From: an uncultured Actinomycetes bacterium | GTDB lineage: Bacteria; Actinomycetota; Acidimicrobiia; IMCC26256; PALSA-610 | Length of the DNA stretch: 64,000 nt | Direction of reading: 5' to 3' | Assembly (NCBI GenBank): GCA_963812205.1 | Contig: CAWEUJ010000004.1 | Span: 1,514,607 to 1,578,606 of the forward strand | Part shown: positions 1 through 10,716 of the stretch, piece after piece | How positions within the stretch are numbered: the stretch's first letter is position 1 | Layout of the letters: every line of letters begins with the position of its first letter | The notes under the pieces: generated by a model | Seen by the model: only the letters and a program-made list of their open reading frames with translations | What the model was told of the DNA's origin: nothing | Databases searched by the model: none | Position numbers and translations under genes: made by a program

Positions 1-567
1 GGTTGGCCAAGCCGGGCACCGTGGGCAAGGTGCAGCCGCCCGACCAGGTGCGCATCCTCGACGAGGCCGGCGCCGAGGTCGGGCCGGACGTGGTCGGCAC
101 CGTCTACCTGAAGGCGCCCGACGGCTGACCGGTTCGAGTACTTCAAGGCGCCGGAGAAGACCGACGACGCCTATCGGGGCACGCACTTCACCCTCGGCGA
201 CGTCGGCTACGTCGACGCCGACGGGTACCTCTTCCTGACCGACCGCAGCGCGCACCTGATCATCAGCGGCGGGGTGAACATCTATCCGGCGGAGGTCGAG
301 GCGGCGCTCCTGGCGCACCCGGCGGTCGGCGACGTCGGCGTGGTGGGCCAGCCCGACGAGGAGTGGGGTGAGGTCGTGGTGGCCGCGGTGGAGCCGCAGA
401 TCGGTGTCGAACCGTCCGAGGCGCTCGGATTCGAGCTCGTCGAGTGGTGCCGGGACCGCATCGCGCACTACAAGTGTCCACGTCGCGTGATCTTCGTCGA
501 GGCCCTGCCCCGGCACGACAACGGCAAGCTCTACAAGCACCAGCTGCGCGAGCAGCTCCGAAGTTAG
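1..567 (+). pseudogene. Acyl-CoA synthetase / AMP-dependent ligase, C-terminal part (5' end outside window), one frameshift near 125-130
   Basis: Frame 3 reads LAKPGTVGKVQPPDQVRILDEAGAEV..YLKAPDG, then stops at 125-127. Frame 1 continues RFEYFKAPEKTDDAY..GDVGYVDADGYLFLTDRSAHLIISGGVNIYPAEVE..YKCPRRVIFVEALPRHDNGKLYKHQL, which are typical AMP-binding C-terminal motifs. Confidence 0.8.
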
Positions 568-577
568 GGATGCATCG

Positions 578-1474
578 ATGGGTATTTGCGACGGCCGCGT
601 TGTGATCGTGACCGGGTCGGGACGCGGCATCGGCCGTGAGCACGCGCTCGCGTACGCGCGAGAAGGCGCCAAGGTCGTGGTCAACGACCTCGGCGGTGAC
701 ATGCACGGCGACGGCGGCTCGCTGAGCCCGGCCATGGAGGTCGTCGAGGAGATCAAGGCGATGGGCGGCGAGGCCGTCGCCGACGGCGAGAACGTCGCCG
801 ACTTCGCGGGCGCCGGCCGCCTGGTGCAGCGCGCGATCGACACGTTCGGTCACCTCGACACGCTGGTGAACAACGCCGGCATCCTCCGCGACCGCATGCT
901 CGCCAACATGGAGGAGAGCGAGTGGGACGCGGTGATCGCCGTCCACCTGAAGGGCGCGTTCTCGCCGACCCGCCACGCGGCGGCCTACTGGCGCGACCAG
1001 GCGAAGGCGGGTACGCCGCTGAAGGCGCGCGTCGTCAACACGTCGTCGCCGTCGGGCATCTTCGGCAACGCGGGCCAGACCAACTACGGCGCCGCGAAGG
1101 CCGGCATCGCGGCGTTCACGATCATCTGTGGGCTCGAGCTCGGCCGCTACGGCGTCTGCACGAACGCGATCGCGCCGGTGGCCCGGACCCGCATGACCGA
1201 GAACCTCGGATTCGGTGCAGCCGCCGAAGGAGCGTGGGACGCGCTCGACCCCGCCAACATCTCGCCGCTCGTCGTCTGGCTCGGCTCCAACGACAACGAG
1301 GACGTGAGCGGTCGTGTCTTCCTCGTCGACGGTGACCGCGTCTCGGTCGCCGAAGGTTGGCGGCGCGGCCCGACCGCGACCAACAACAAGATGCGGTGGG
1401 AGCCCGCGCAGTTGACGAAGGTCGTTCCCGACCTCGTCGAGCAGGCCGCCGAACCGTCGAACATGCTGTCGTGA
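578..1474 (+). CDS. Short-chain dehydrogenase/reductase (SDR), MFE-2-like 3-hydroxyacyl-CoA dehydrogenase type
   Basis: TGSGRGIG Rossmann motif, NNAG, and a YGAAK catalytic Tyr-x3-Lys. It sits directly upstream of a MaoC hydratase gene. Confidence 0.85.
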   Translation: MGICDGRVVIVTGSGRGIGREHALAYAREGAKVVVNDLGGDMHGDGGSLSPAMEVVEEIKAMGGEAVADGENVADFAGAGRLVQRAIDTFGHLDTLVNNAGILRDRMLANMEESEWDAVIAVHLKGAFSPTRHAAAYWRDQAKAGTPLKARVVNTSSPSGIFGNAGQTNYGAAKAGIAAFTIICGLELGRYGVCTNAIAPVARTRMTENLGFGAAAEGAWDALDPANISPLVVWLGSNDNEDVSGRVFLVDGDRVSVAEGWRRGPTATNNKMRWEPAQLTKVVPDLVEQAAEPSNMLS

Positions 1475-1523
1475 GGCTCGTCATTCAGCTCGTCAACCAG
1501 CACGAAACGCAGGGAGTATCACC

Positions 1524-2388
1524 ATGCCGATGAACCTGGACGCCGTTGGTGCGGTCTCGAACCCGGGCCGCAACTCGTGGACCTCGAAGGATGCATTGCT
1601 CTACGCGCTCGGTACCGGCGCCGGGCAGATCGACCCGACGGGCTTCGAGCTCGAGTTCACGACCGAGAACTCGCAGAACATCCAGCAACGGGTACTGCCC
1701 ACGATGCCGGTCGTGCTGGGCATGGGCGGCGGTCCCGGCCTCCCGAGCTGGGGCGACTTCGATTTCCGCATGCTGTTGCACGGTGAGCAGGGCGTGACGG
1801 TGCACGGCCCGATCCCGCCCGACGGCGAGGTCGACTCGATCACGAAGATCGTCGGCATCTACGACAAGGGCAAGGCCGCGGTCGTGCGGCTCGAGTCGGA
1901 GTCGAGCTACGTCGACACCGGCAAGCCCGCCTTCACGACGCGCTTCGCCGCGTTCATCCGCGGCGAGGGCGGTTTCGGCGAGAGTCGCGGTCCCGAGATC
2001 GCGGACCCGCCGAAGATGCCCGACCGCAAGGCCGACCACGAGGTGACGTACGCGACCCGCCCCGACCAGGCGCTGCTCTACCGCCTCTCGGGCGACCGCA
2101 ACCCGCTGCACTCCGACCCCGAGCTCGCGAAGTTCGCCGGGTTCGAGCGCCCGATCCTGCACGGTCTGTGCACCTACGGCGTGACGGGTCGGGCCCTGTT
2201 GCACGAGCTCTGCGGTTCCGACGTCGACCAAGTTCGGGAGCATGGACGCGCGCTTCTCCAAGCCCGTCTACCCGGGTGACACGCTCACGGTGAAGATGTG
2301 GGACGAGGGCGCGGGGGCCACGATCTTCCAGACCGTGAACCAAGAAGGCGTCGTCGTGATCGACGGCGGCCGCTTCCAAAGCAGCTAG
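1524..2388 (+). pseudogene. MaoC-like (R)-specific enoyl-CoA hydratase, frameshift near 2222-2230
   Basis: YRLSGDRNPLHSDPELAKFAGFERPILHGL hot-dog motif. After ..LCGSD the frame shifts, and the conserved tail TKFGSMDARFSKPVYPGDTLTVKMWDEG..GGRFQSS continues in another frame to the TAG at 2386-2388. Confidence 0.8.
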
Positions 2389-3291
2389 TCAGCGCGATCC
2401 GCGAACAGCGCGACGGCGGCGGCCCCGATCAAGCGGGCCGTCGTCGCCGAGCGCGCCCGGCACGACGCGGGTGCCGCGGGAGTAGTCGAGCCGGCAGCGC
2501 GCGTCGATCTCGGTCTGGGCCGCGGCGAAGAACGCGTCGCCGTAGCCGAGCGCGACCGAGCCGCTCACGACCGCGAGCTGCAGATCGAGGAGGTTCGCGA
2601 CCGATGCGATGCCGCGCCCGACGAGGCGCCCGGTACGCGCGCGGACGTCGGCGGAGGCATCGGCGGGGGGACGACCGGTGCTGCGTTCGATCGCGGTGCC
2701 CGACGCCTCCGCCTCGAGACAGCCGCGCGCACCACATCCGCAGATCGCGCCGTCGGGCTCGACGATGATGTGCCCGACGTGGCCCGCGTTGCCGTCGGCG
2801 CCGTCGAGGAGCCGGCCGTCGACGACGATGCCGCCCCCGACGCCCGTCGACACCACCATCCCGATGAAGTCGCGCACGCCCGCGGCCGCGCCGATCCAGC
2901 CCTCACCGCGCGCGAGCGCCTTGGCGTCGTTGTCGATCCACACCGGGAGGTGACAGTGCTCGGCGAGGCGCGCCCGGAGCGGGAAGCCGCGCCAGGCCGT
3001 GATGTTGAGCGGCGAGACGGTCTCGCCGCCGCCGGTCATCGGCCCACCGCAGCCGACGCCGACCGCCTGCGCGCCCGCCGCGGCATCCCCGAGGCCGTCG
3101 ATGGCGGCTGCGAGCGTGCCGAACAGCTCGCCGGCATCGACGGTTCGGGGCGTCGGGACGAGTTGGCGGTCGAGGATGCGGCCCTCACCGGTCACGACGC
3201 CGACCGCGAGCTTGGTGCCGCCGATGTCGATCGCGAGGACCGTCTGCACCGGCGGCCCGCCGGTCGGGGTGGCCGATGTGCCCGCGCGCAT
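2385..3291 (-). pseudogene. ROK-family sugar kinase (glucokinase-like), frameshift near 2428-2434
   Basis: AIDIGGTKLAV, DNDAKALARGE and the GHVGH..CGCGARGCLEA zinc motif. The in-frame tail is Arg-rich junk (LDRGRRRRAVRGSR), whereas a 1-nt shift gives the conserved LIGAAAVALFADRAD ending. Confidence 0.75.
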
Positions 3292-3357
3292 GCGCGGAAG
3301 CGTAACGGTCCGGATTCGCGCGCCGGAGCGGTGGCGGTCGACGGGTAGCTTGCGGTC

Positions 3358-6183
3358 GTGTCGCTCGACAGCTTTGGTGCCCGGGCCGAGTTCACCGTCG
3401 GCGACCGAACGTACGACATGTACCGGCTGGACGCCGTCGTCGACGACCCGCAGACACTGCCGTACTCGTTACGCATCCTGCTCGAAAATCTGTTACGCCA
3501 CGAAGACGGCGCGAACGTCGGTGCCGACGACATCCGCGCTCTCGCCGACCGCTCGCGCGCCGCGACCGAGGCGGGAACCCGTGAGTTGCAGTTCATGCCC
3601 GCGCGCGTCCTCATGCAGGACTTCACCGGCGTACCCGCGATCGTCGACCTCGCGGCGATGCGCGATGCCATGGCCGATCTCGGCGGCGATCCGCGCCTGA
3701 TCGAGCCGGGCATTCCGGTCGACCTCGTCATCGACCACTCGATCGTCGCCGACGTCGCGGGAGTTGCCGACGCGTTCGTGCGCAACGCGCAGTTCGAGTT
3801 CGCGCGCAACCGCGAGCGCTACACGTTCTTGCGCTGGGCGCAATCGGCATTCCGCACCCTGCGGGTGTTCCCGCCGAACCGCGGCATCTGTCACCAGGTG
3901 AATCTCGAGTACCTCGCGCAGGTGGTGTTCCGTGGGCCGGACCGGCTCGTGTATCCCGACACACTCGTCGGCACCGACTCGCACACGCCGATGGTGAACG
4001 GCCTCGGCGTGCTCGGCTGGGGTGTCGGGGGCATCGAGGCCGAGGCCGCGATGCTCGGTCAGCCGCTGTCGATGCTGTTGCCGCGTGTCGTCGGGATCGA
4101 GCTGGTCGGCGCGCTGCCCGTGGGATCGACCGCGACCGACCTCGTGCTCACCGTCGCCGAGCTGTTGCGCAGGCACGGTGTCGTCGGCAAGTTCGTCGAG
4201 TTCTACGGCGAAGGTGTCGGCCGGGTACCGCTCGAGAACCGTGCCACGATCGGCAACATGTCGCCCGAGTACGGCTCGACGTGCACGATCTTTCCCGTCG
4301 ACGACGAGACCCTCCGCTACCTGCGCGCGACCGGCCGGCCCGACGATCTCGTCGCGCTCGTCGAGTCGTACGCGAAGGAGCAGGGTCTCTGGCACGATCC
4401 CGCGGTCCGGCCCGTGTACGACGAGACGATCTCGTTCGATCTCTCGACGGTCGAGCCGTCGCTCGCCGGTCCGGCGCGGCCTCAGGACCGCGTCACGTTG
4501 CCGGGAGCGCGTGGCGAGCTTCGAGCAGGCACTGCTCGCGTTCCGCCGCGAGGAGGCCACTGCTCCGAGGCCTCCGATCGGCGCGACCCGCTCGAAGGCC
4601 GACGAGCCGTCGATCGAGTCGTTCCCCGCAAGCGACCCGCCCGCGCCGGCGGCCGGCGCGCCGCGCGACGAGGCGCCCGCGGGCGAAGGTGTCCGCCCGA
4701 TCCTGCTCGACCGCAAGCGTTGTCCGGTGACGCTCGCCGACGGTCGCAGCTTCGAGCTCGCCGACGGGCACGTGGTGATCGCCGCGATCACGTCGTGCAC
4801 CAACACGTCGAACCCGTCGGTGATGATCGCCGCGGGACTGCTCGCGAGGAACGCGGTCGCGCGCGGCCTGCGTGTGCCGCCGTGGGTGAAGACCTCGCTC
4901 GCTCCGGGCTCGCTCGTCGTCACCGAGTATTACGAGCGCGCGCAGCTGATGGAACCGCTGCACCAGCTCGGCTTCGACGTGGTCGGCTACGGGTGCACCA
5001 CCTGCATCGGAAACTCCGGTCCGCTCGCGCCCGAGATCTCCGAGGCCGTCGATCACGGCGATCTCTCGGTGGCGTCGGTGCTCTCGGGCAATCGCAACTT
5101 CGAAGGCCGCATCTCGCCCGACTGCCGGATGAACTATCTCGCCTCGCCACCGCTCGTCGTGGCCTACGCGCTCGCCGGCACGATGGACGTCGACCTGTCG
5201 AGCGACCCGGTCGGTACCGATCGCGACCGGCGCGCCCGTGTATCTGCACGAGTCTGTGGCCGTCGGAGGCGGAGGTCGCCGAGGTCGTCGGCCGGGTGTT
5301 CGACCGGGCGATGTTCGAAGAGAGCTACGCGACGATCCTCGACGGCGACGAGAACTGGCGCGCGCTGCCGGCCCCGACCGGCGATCGCTACGAGTGGGAT
5401 CCCGACTCCACCTACATCCGCCGCCCGACGTTTCTCGAGGGAATCGCCGCGCACGCCTCGGCGCCGCGGGACATCGCCGGCGCGCGCGTGCTGGCGCTGC
5501 TCGGCGACAGCGTCACCACCGACCACATCTCACCCGCGGGCGCGATCCGGCGCGACGGGCCGGCGGGCACCTGGCTGCAGGAGCACGGTGTCCGATCCAA
5601 CGACTTCAACTCCTACGGTTCCCGCCGGGGGAACCACGAAGTCATGGTGCGAGGCACGTTCGCCAACATTCGTCTGCGCAACCGACTCGCACCCGGTACG
5701 GAGGGCGGCGTCACGCTGCATCTTCCCGGTGGCGAGCCGACGACCATCTACGACGCGGCGATGACGTACGCGGCGGAGGGCGTTCCGCTGGTGGTGCTCG
5801 CGGGCAAGGAGTACGGCTCGGGTTCGTCGCGCGACTGGGCGGCGAAGGGTTCGCAGCTGCTCGGCATCCGGGCGGTGTTGGTCGAGAGCTTCGAACGCAT
5901 CCATCGTTCGAACCTGGTTGGGATGGGTCTGCTCCCGCTCGAGTTCGTCGACGGCGCGTCCACGGCCTCGCTCGGGCTCACCGGCCACGAGGTGTTCGCC
6001 ATTGCGGGGCTGGAGGCGTTGGCCGAGCCTGGTCCGTTGCCCCGCGATGTGTCCGTGACCGCCGACGACAAGCAATTTCGGATGCGCGCCCGCATCGACA
6101 CGCCGTTCGAGCTCGCGGTGTTCCTCGAAGGCGGCATCCTGGCGTACACATTGCGCCGCCTGGTTCGCAGCACCGCGTCGTAA
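3358..6183 (+). pseudogene. acn: Aconitate hydratase (AcnA-type), three +1 frame changes (about 4503, 5232, 5255)
   Basis: The N- and C-terminal thirds are conserved in frame 1 (..VLMQDFTGVPAIVDLAAMR.., [26 protein letters not shown], ..[37 protein letters not shown]). The middle part ([41 protein letters not shown]) is readable only in frame 2 (ORF 4022..5764). Confidence 0.85.
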
Positions 6184-6195
6184 CGACGAGCGGCG

Positions 6196-7293
6196 CTAGT
6201 TCGCGAGGTCGACCGCGGCCGCGGCGTTGCCGGCGACGGAGCGATACGCCGCGTCGACGAACGCGTGCGCGCGGAGCGCGTCGGCGAACGTGGGTGCGGC
6301 CGGTTGCCGCTCGCGTGCCGATCGCACGAACGCACGCGCGGCCGGGTAGAGGTAGACGAAGAAGTCGCGGCGGTCGATTCCCTCGGCTTCGAAGTGACGA
6401 TCCCGCAGCGCGGCCACGTCGAGACGCTCGGGCTCCTGATCGGGTTGCTGGATCAAGAAGCCGTCTTCGCGCGCCCCGACGAGGAAGTCGGTGGTCACTT
6501 CGACCGCGCCGCGCTCGAAGAACACCTCGAGCCTGCGTTCCTCGCGCCCGCGCACGCCGTTGAAGATGGAGATCAGGGTGCCGACGACGCCCGAGGTGTG
6601 CTCGACGGTGCAGACCGCAGTGTCTTCGACGTCGTAGCCGAACACGTTGCGGGTGCGGGCGTACACCTGCGTGGCCGGTCCGAACAGCCAGCTGAGGATG
6701 TCGGCACTATGGATCGAGTGCTCCAGGAGTGCGCCCCCGCCCGCGTGGTCGCGTTGCGAACGCCAGGAGCTGTGGCCGGGCACGACATCGCCCGTTGGCC
6801 AGTACTGGTCGTCGCGCAACGTATAGCCCATCGGCGCGCCCAACTCGTTCGTCGTGACGAGCCGGACGAGCTCGTTGATCAGCGGGTGGAACCGCGAATG
6901 GAAGCCGACCTGCGCGGTGAGGCCGGATGCCGCGACCAGCGTGCACATCTCCTGCACGGTGTCGAACCGGGTCGCGAGCGGCTTCTCGCACAAGAACGGC
7001 TTGCCCGCGGCCACGACCGCCCGCACGAGGTCGCGGTGTGTCGTCGTCGGCGTGACGATGACGACGGCGTCGACGTCGGGATCGTCGATCACGGCTTGCG
7101 CGTCGGGCGCGATCCGCTCGAAGGGGCAGATGCCGCGCGCCGATGCGACCGCCTCGGCCGAGAAGTCGGTGACGGCTACGGGCCGGACGTCGCCGTCCTC
7201 GGCGAGCAGCCGCAACGCGTAGGCGTGCCCCTGGCCGATCATCCCCGCGCCGATGAGCCCGACCCCGAGAGGTGCGTCGTCACCGCCTGCCAT
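6196..7293 (-). CDS. Gfo/Idh/MocA family oxidoreductase
   Basis: N-terminal GLIGAGMIGQGHA Rossmann motif and the EKPLA motif. The 365-aa length is typical of the family. Confidence 0.8.
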   Translation of the reverse strand: MAGGDDAPLGVGLIGAGMIGQGHAYALRLLAEDGDVRPVAVTDFSAEAVASARGICPFERIAPDAQAVIDDPDVDAVVIVTPTTTHRDLVRAVVAAGKPFLCEKPLATRFDTVQEMCTLVAASGLTAQVGFHSRFHPLINELVRLVTTNELGAPMGYTLRDDQYWPTGDVVPGHSSWRSQRDHAGGGALLEHSIHSADILSWLFGPATQVYARTRNVFGYDVEDTAVCTVEHTSGVVGTLISIFNGVRGREERRLEVFFERGAVEVTTDFLVGAREDGFLIQQPDQEPERLDVAALRDRHFEAEGIDRRDFFVYLYPAARAFVRSARERQPAAPTFADALRAHAFVDAAYRSVAGNAAAAVDLAN

Positions 7294-7325
7294 GCAACGA
7301 TCGTGGCCCGCGGCGCGGGCCTACA

Positions 7326-8009
7326 TCAAACGGAGACGATGTCCGTGAGGTCGCGCCGCTCGTCGGTGTTCGTCGGCGTCGGGTTGAGGACGCGGCCGGC
7401 GACGCGGGTCGCGGCAACGGTGCAGTACACGACCGTGGGCCCGAGCAGGAGACCGCCGGCGACGTCGGCGGGGTAGTGCATCTTCTTGGAGATCACGCAG
7501 AAGCCGACGATCAGCGGGACCGCGACGGCGAACGGCCGCAGCCGCGAGTTGCGGTCGAGGATCAGCCACGCGAACGTCGCCCATGCCGCGGCGGCCGTGG
7601 TGTGCCCCGACGGGAACATCGGTCCGCCGAGGTGGACCAGATGGTGATGGATGCCGACCTCGTGGGTCCGGTAGCGATCGACCAGCGGCTTCAGCACGAG
7701 CTCGGCGCATGCCGCGGCCGCGAGACATCCGGCGACGCCGGTCACCGCGAGACGGGGCCGGCCCCGCGCCGCGGCCGCGAAACCGAGCGCGAAGGTCGTC
7801 AGCGTGAACGGGATCGGCTCGAACATCGCGATCCAGAAGTCGCGGCCCGGGCGCGGCAGTCCGACGATCGTGTGGATGATCGGGCGTTCCCACGGTGTCG
7901 GGGCGTGGGTGGCCCAGACGTTGATCGCGAGCAGGGCGAAGGCGGCGACGGCCACGAACACGGCGAACCATTGGAACGGGTGCGTCGGGTCGGTGCCCTC
8001 GGACTGCAT
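7326..8009 (-). CDS. PAP2-family membrane phosphatase
   Basis: KPLVDRYR, PSGHT and SKKMHYPADV motifs in the PAP2 order, with several TM segments. Start placed at the ATG at 8009 (MQSEG..), because the upstream part of ORF 7326..8432 is non-protein-like. Confidence 0.7.
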   Translation of the reverse strand: MQSEGTDPTHPFQWFAVFVAVAAFALLAINVWATHAPTPWERPIIHTIVGLPRPGRDFWIAMFEPIPFTLTTFALGFAAAARGRPRLAVTGVAGCLAAAACAELVLKPLVDRYRTHEVGIHHHLVHLGGPMFPSGHTTAAAAWATFAWLILDRNSRLRPFAVAVPLIVGFCVISKKMHYPADVAGGLLLGPTVVYCTVAATRVAGRVLNPTPTNTDERRDLTDIVSV

Positions 8010-8811
8010 ATGTGAAGTATCGCCCCGGTCGGGCGTTGTTCCAGCAAAGTGCCCAATCAGTCGGGTGACGGCCCCCGGCAGGGTGGAGTGGCGGGGGGCC
8101 GTCACGACGACCGGACTTGTCCGGACGCGAGTCTGCGCCACGCGGCCTGTGGGCAAGAAGGGGAAAACGTTGGGGGTTGTCGGTGGATAACCGGCCGTGA
8201 TATCCGCAGTCGGCCGTGACCAGGCGCGGCGGCGCGAGCGGTCACGAACCCGTGACGCGACTCTGGAACCCTGCACAGCCTCGGGACAACTGCTCGGCCG
8301 GTTCCGGCCCGGAAGTCCCTGGCGATGCCTCCCGTCCCCCGCGGGGGCGTCGCCGCGCGGTGTCCGGTCTTGTTGTCGACCCGGCGTCGCGACTCTCAGG
8401 TAGTCGTGACCGGGCTCACAGGCACGCCCCATGTGCGAGCTGCAGACTCTCGGACGAGGCCTTGGATCTCGGCCGGTGTCCGCCTCCCCCCCACGTCGAC
8501 CCGGCCGAGATCAGGCTTCGTCCCTGACGAGCCGCCTGACCTGCCCGGCGCGATATCGGGCCTCTTGACGGTGCGTGGTCGCCAATGTCACGCTTAGTGC
8601 TCGGGAATGGCGTTGGGGGGCAAGGATGCGTTGGCTCATGGCGTGGTGCGTACCGGATCATGCGTTGCGGGTGAGCATCGGCTGAGCAGACCTCGCGACT
8701 CGGCGGGCGGCAGCGTGGCCGCGCAGGGTCGCGCCCGGGATCGTGCGGACGCGGGGGGAACCCCGGGCCGCCCCCCGGCGCCGCCCCGAACGGCGACGTG
8801 GCCGCGTTCGC

Positions 8812-9174
8812 TCAGCGCCGGTGTGACCGCGCGCGCCAATACGCGTCGAGCGGATCGTCTTCGGCGACGGCGTCGCGGCGATGCGAGCGCGCCCGCTCGA
8901 TGTGGGTGAACAGGTCGTCGGACGACGGCGCGACGGCGCAATGACTCGCGCCCGCGGCGTGCGCCCGGGCCACGACCTCGGCATCGACGATGCGCGGGAA
9001 CACGACCAGCACGGCGGCATCGCCGCGCTCGCGAACCTCGGCGATAGCGTCGACGAACTCGTGGGTCAGCCCGCCCGGTTCGGGTACGACGAGCACGACG
9101 ACATCCATCGGCGCATTGATCGATTCCCCGATCGATTGGGGTCTCGCTCGTGGTGTCGGGTCTTCGGCGAGCAT
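8812..9174 (-). CDS. Hypothetical protein (about 120 aa)
   Basis: Coding-like composition from MLAEDPTP.. onward, and a GGAGG 6 nt upstream of the ATG at 9174. No recognisable family. Confidence 0.4.
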   Translation of the reverse strand: MLAEDPTPRARPQSIGESINAPMDVVVLVVPEPGGLTHEFVDAIAEVRERGDAAVLVVFPRIVDAEVVARAHAAGASHCAVAPSSDDLFTHIERARSHRRDAVAEDDPLDAYWRARSHRR

Positions 9175-9596
9175 GTGCGCCTCCGTTGCGATCTGCACCT
9201 GGATGAGGCCTGTGGATTCAGGCCGCTCCGGACATGAGCGTGACCGGGGCCACGTGCGATTGCCCGGCACTGTCTTGATGCCGACGTGCGTTGCGGCCAT
9301 CTTCTCGTTCAGATCTGAGATCGGGCTGATAGATGCGCTGTTGATCGAGACGATCGTGGCGCCCGCAGCGATGCGCGCTCGCAGCCGCGGAGCCGGTCTG
9401 CACGCCGGCGACCTGAACATTCGTGGTGGTTCCCGGCTCGCCGGCCGAGCGCACGGCGACGCCGATCCAGCCCGTTCATTCGATGCGGACGCCCTCGGTC
9501 GCGGTGCCCACTGCGGTGTGACCGGGTCGCGGCCTGCTCGGTGTCGGGTACGCGGGGAGGAGAGTGTTACCGAGCGTTCGACACGGTGATCATTTG

Positions 9597-9669
9597 CGCC
9601 CTCGGCATGATTCGAACATGCGACACACGGTTTAGGAAACCGATGCTCTATCCCCTGAGCTACGAGGGC
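9597..9669 (-). tRNA. tRNA-Arg (anticodon CCU)
   Basis: The reverse complement folds as a cloverleaf. Acceptor GCCCUCG/CGAGGGC, D arm GCUC-AGGGGAUA-GAGC, anticodon loop UUCCUAA, T arm GCAUG-UUCGAAU-CAUGC, discriminator G. No CCA is encoded. The 27:43 pair is U-U. Confidence 0.9.
9628..9669. repeat. Direct repeat copy A (tRNA-Arg 5' half, att-like)
   Basis: cgg[t]ttaggaaaccgatgctctatcccctgagctacgagggc is identical, apart from one t/c difference, to 24930-24971. Confidence 0.9.
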
Positions 9670-10288
9670 TCACCTGCAGTTTTGCGCGTTGGGCAATCTA
9701 CTTACGGCCACGTGAGCGCCGCGCTTGTTCGCTCACGTTCGTGTTGGTCCGCCCCGGGCAGCTGCGACGCGTTCTCAGCACGCGCCGTGCTGCGGACCAT
9801 TGGGTCGTGTGGGCGGCGCACGCTCGGGCGGAGTCATCTTCATACCCGGGAATAGCGCAGCGCGTGGCCGGAAACGCGACGAGAAAGCTGAACTTCACGT
9901 GCTCGTCGAGCAAACAGTTCGCCGGACACTGGCCTAGAAGTGTTGTGACCAGGGAAACGTGCCCCGAGGACGCTTCCAGGCCGCGGGGAGGCCGCGGCTC
10001 GCGCAACTGTTCTGACGTACGAGCACGGCACGATCCGCAGGCTCCGAAGCGGTTCAGGCGTCCGTCTCACCGTCTGACATCGCGACCCCGAGGGCCGCTG
10101 GTCGATCTATGTGGTCGACCGGCGACTCGACACCGCGTGCCCCCGCTACTACGGACCAGCCTGCACGAACATCGACCACGTTCGGATCGACATTCGTGTG
10201 GTCCGTTGAGGACGCGCAATGTTGGAGTCTGCGCGGCTTCGAGGGTCCACTCAAGGCAGGGTCGGAGTGTGCGCGCCGCTGAGGTGGG

Positions 10289-10657
10289 TCAGTAGTTGAA
10301 GGTCAGTGCCCCACCCGCTGTGAACTCGTAGAGCGACGGCGCACCTTTGACCTCGGCACCCTTCACCCACACGGCCGACTCGAGACCGCGGGTCTTGACG
10401 CACACGGGACAGGCGAAGAAGCGACCGCCCCTCTCCACGTATTCAGCGTGAAGATCCTTGATGGACGGCGCGCCGGGCACCGAGAGTCCGTCGGAAAAGC
10501 CGTCGGTCGCCACATGAACACCGTCCTTGGTGAGCCACATCAGCGCCTCTTTGCCGGCGCGGAGCGCCTCGACCCCGAGTAGGTAACCGATCAACACCGC
10601 TTCGGGATCGTCGGATCCGTGGATGAGACCGATCACGACCTTGTCGTCTGCTGCCAT
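10289..10657 (-). CDS. DsrE/DsrF-like sulfur-relay family protein
   Basis: 122 aa. KVVIGLIHGSDDPE.. N-terminus and an ..FFACPVCVKTRG.. Cys motif, both typical of DsrE-fold proteins. Confidence 0.6.
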   Translation of the reverse strand: MAADDKVVIGLIHGSDDPEAVLIGYLLGVEALRAGKEALMWLTKDGVHVATDGFSDGLSVPGAPSIKDLHAEYVERGGRFFACPVCVKTRGLESAVWVKGAEVKGAPSLYEFTAGGALTFNY

Positions 10658-10716
10658 CAGAAGCTCCTTCGTTGTGTTCGAGCTGACTGCTCGTTATCTG
10701 ACCCGGGTGATGATCT

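Noticed and set aside
3358-6183. Aconitase as an intact gene because ORF 3358..6183 is continuously open.
   Set aside because: Residues from about 382 to 630 of that ORF are low-complexity Arg-rich sequence, whereas the conserved Fe-S ligand motifs of aconitase occur in frame 2. The open frame is a GC-content artefact spanning compensating frameshifts.
7326-8432. N-terminal extension of 141 aa on the PAP2 phosphatase, and the corresponding extension of ORF 8812..9420.
   Set aside because: The upstream parts have non-protein-like composition. Internal ATGs (8009, 9174) give proteins of family-typical length, and the 9174 start has a GGAGG RBS.
8040-8600. tmRNA (ssrA) or RNase P RNA gene in the structured intergenic region.
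   Set aside because: Some 10-15 nt strings resemble actinobacterial tmRNA, but they fall on both strands. There is no GGGGCUGA 5' end, no T-arm (GGUUCGAAUCC-type) plus ..UCCACCA 3' end, and no plausible ..AA-stop tag reading frame. The RNase P signatures (GGAAAGUCCGG, ACAGAACCCGGC) are also absent.
9175-9596. Integrase or other coding remnant between the hypothetical gene and the tRNA, and in 9670-10288.
   Set aside because: All six frames give short, composition-poor ORFs. No recombinase motifs (R..HxxR..Y or serine-recombinase N-terminus) could be read.
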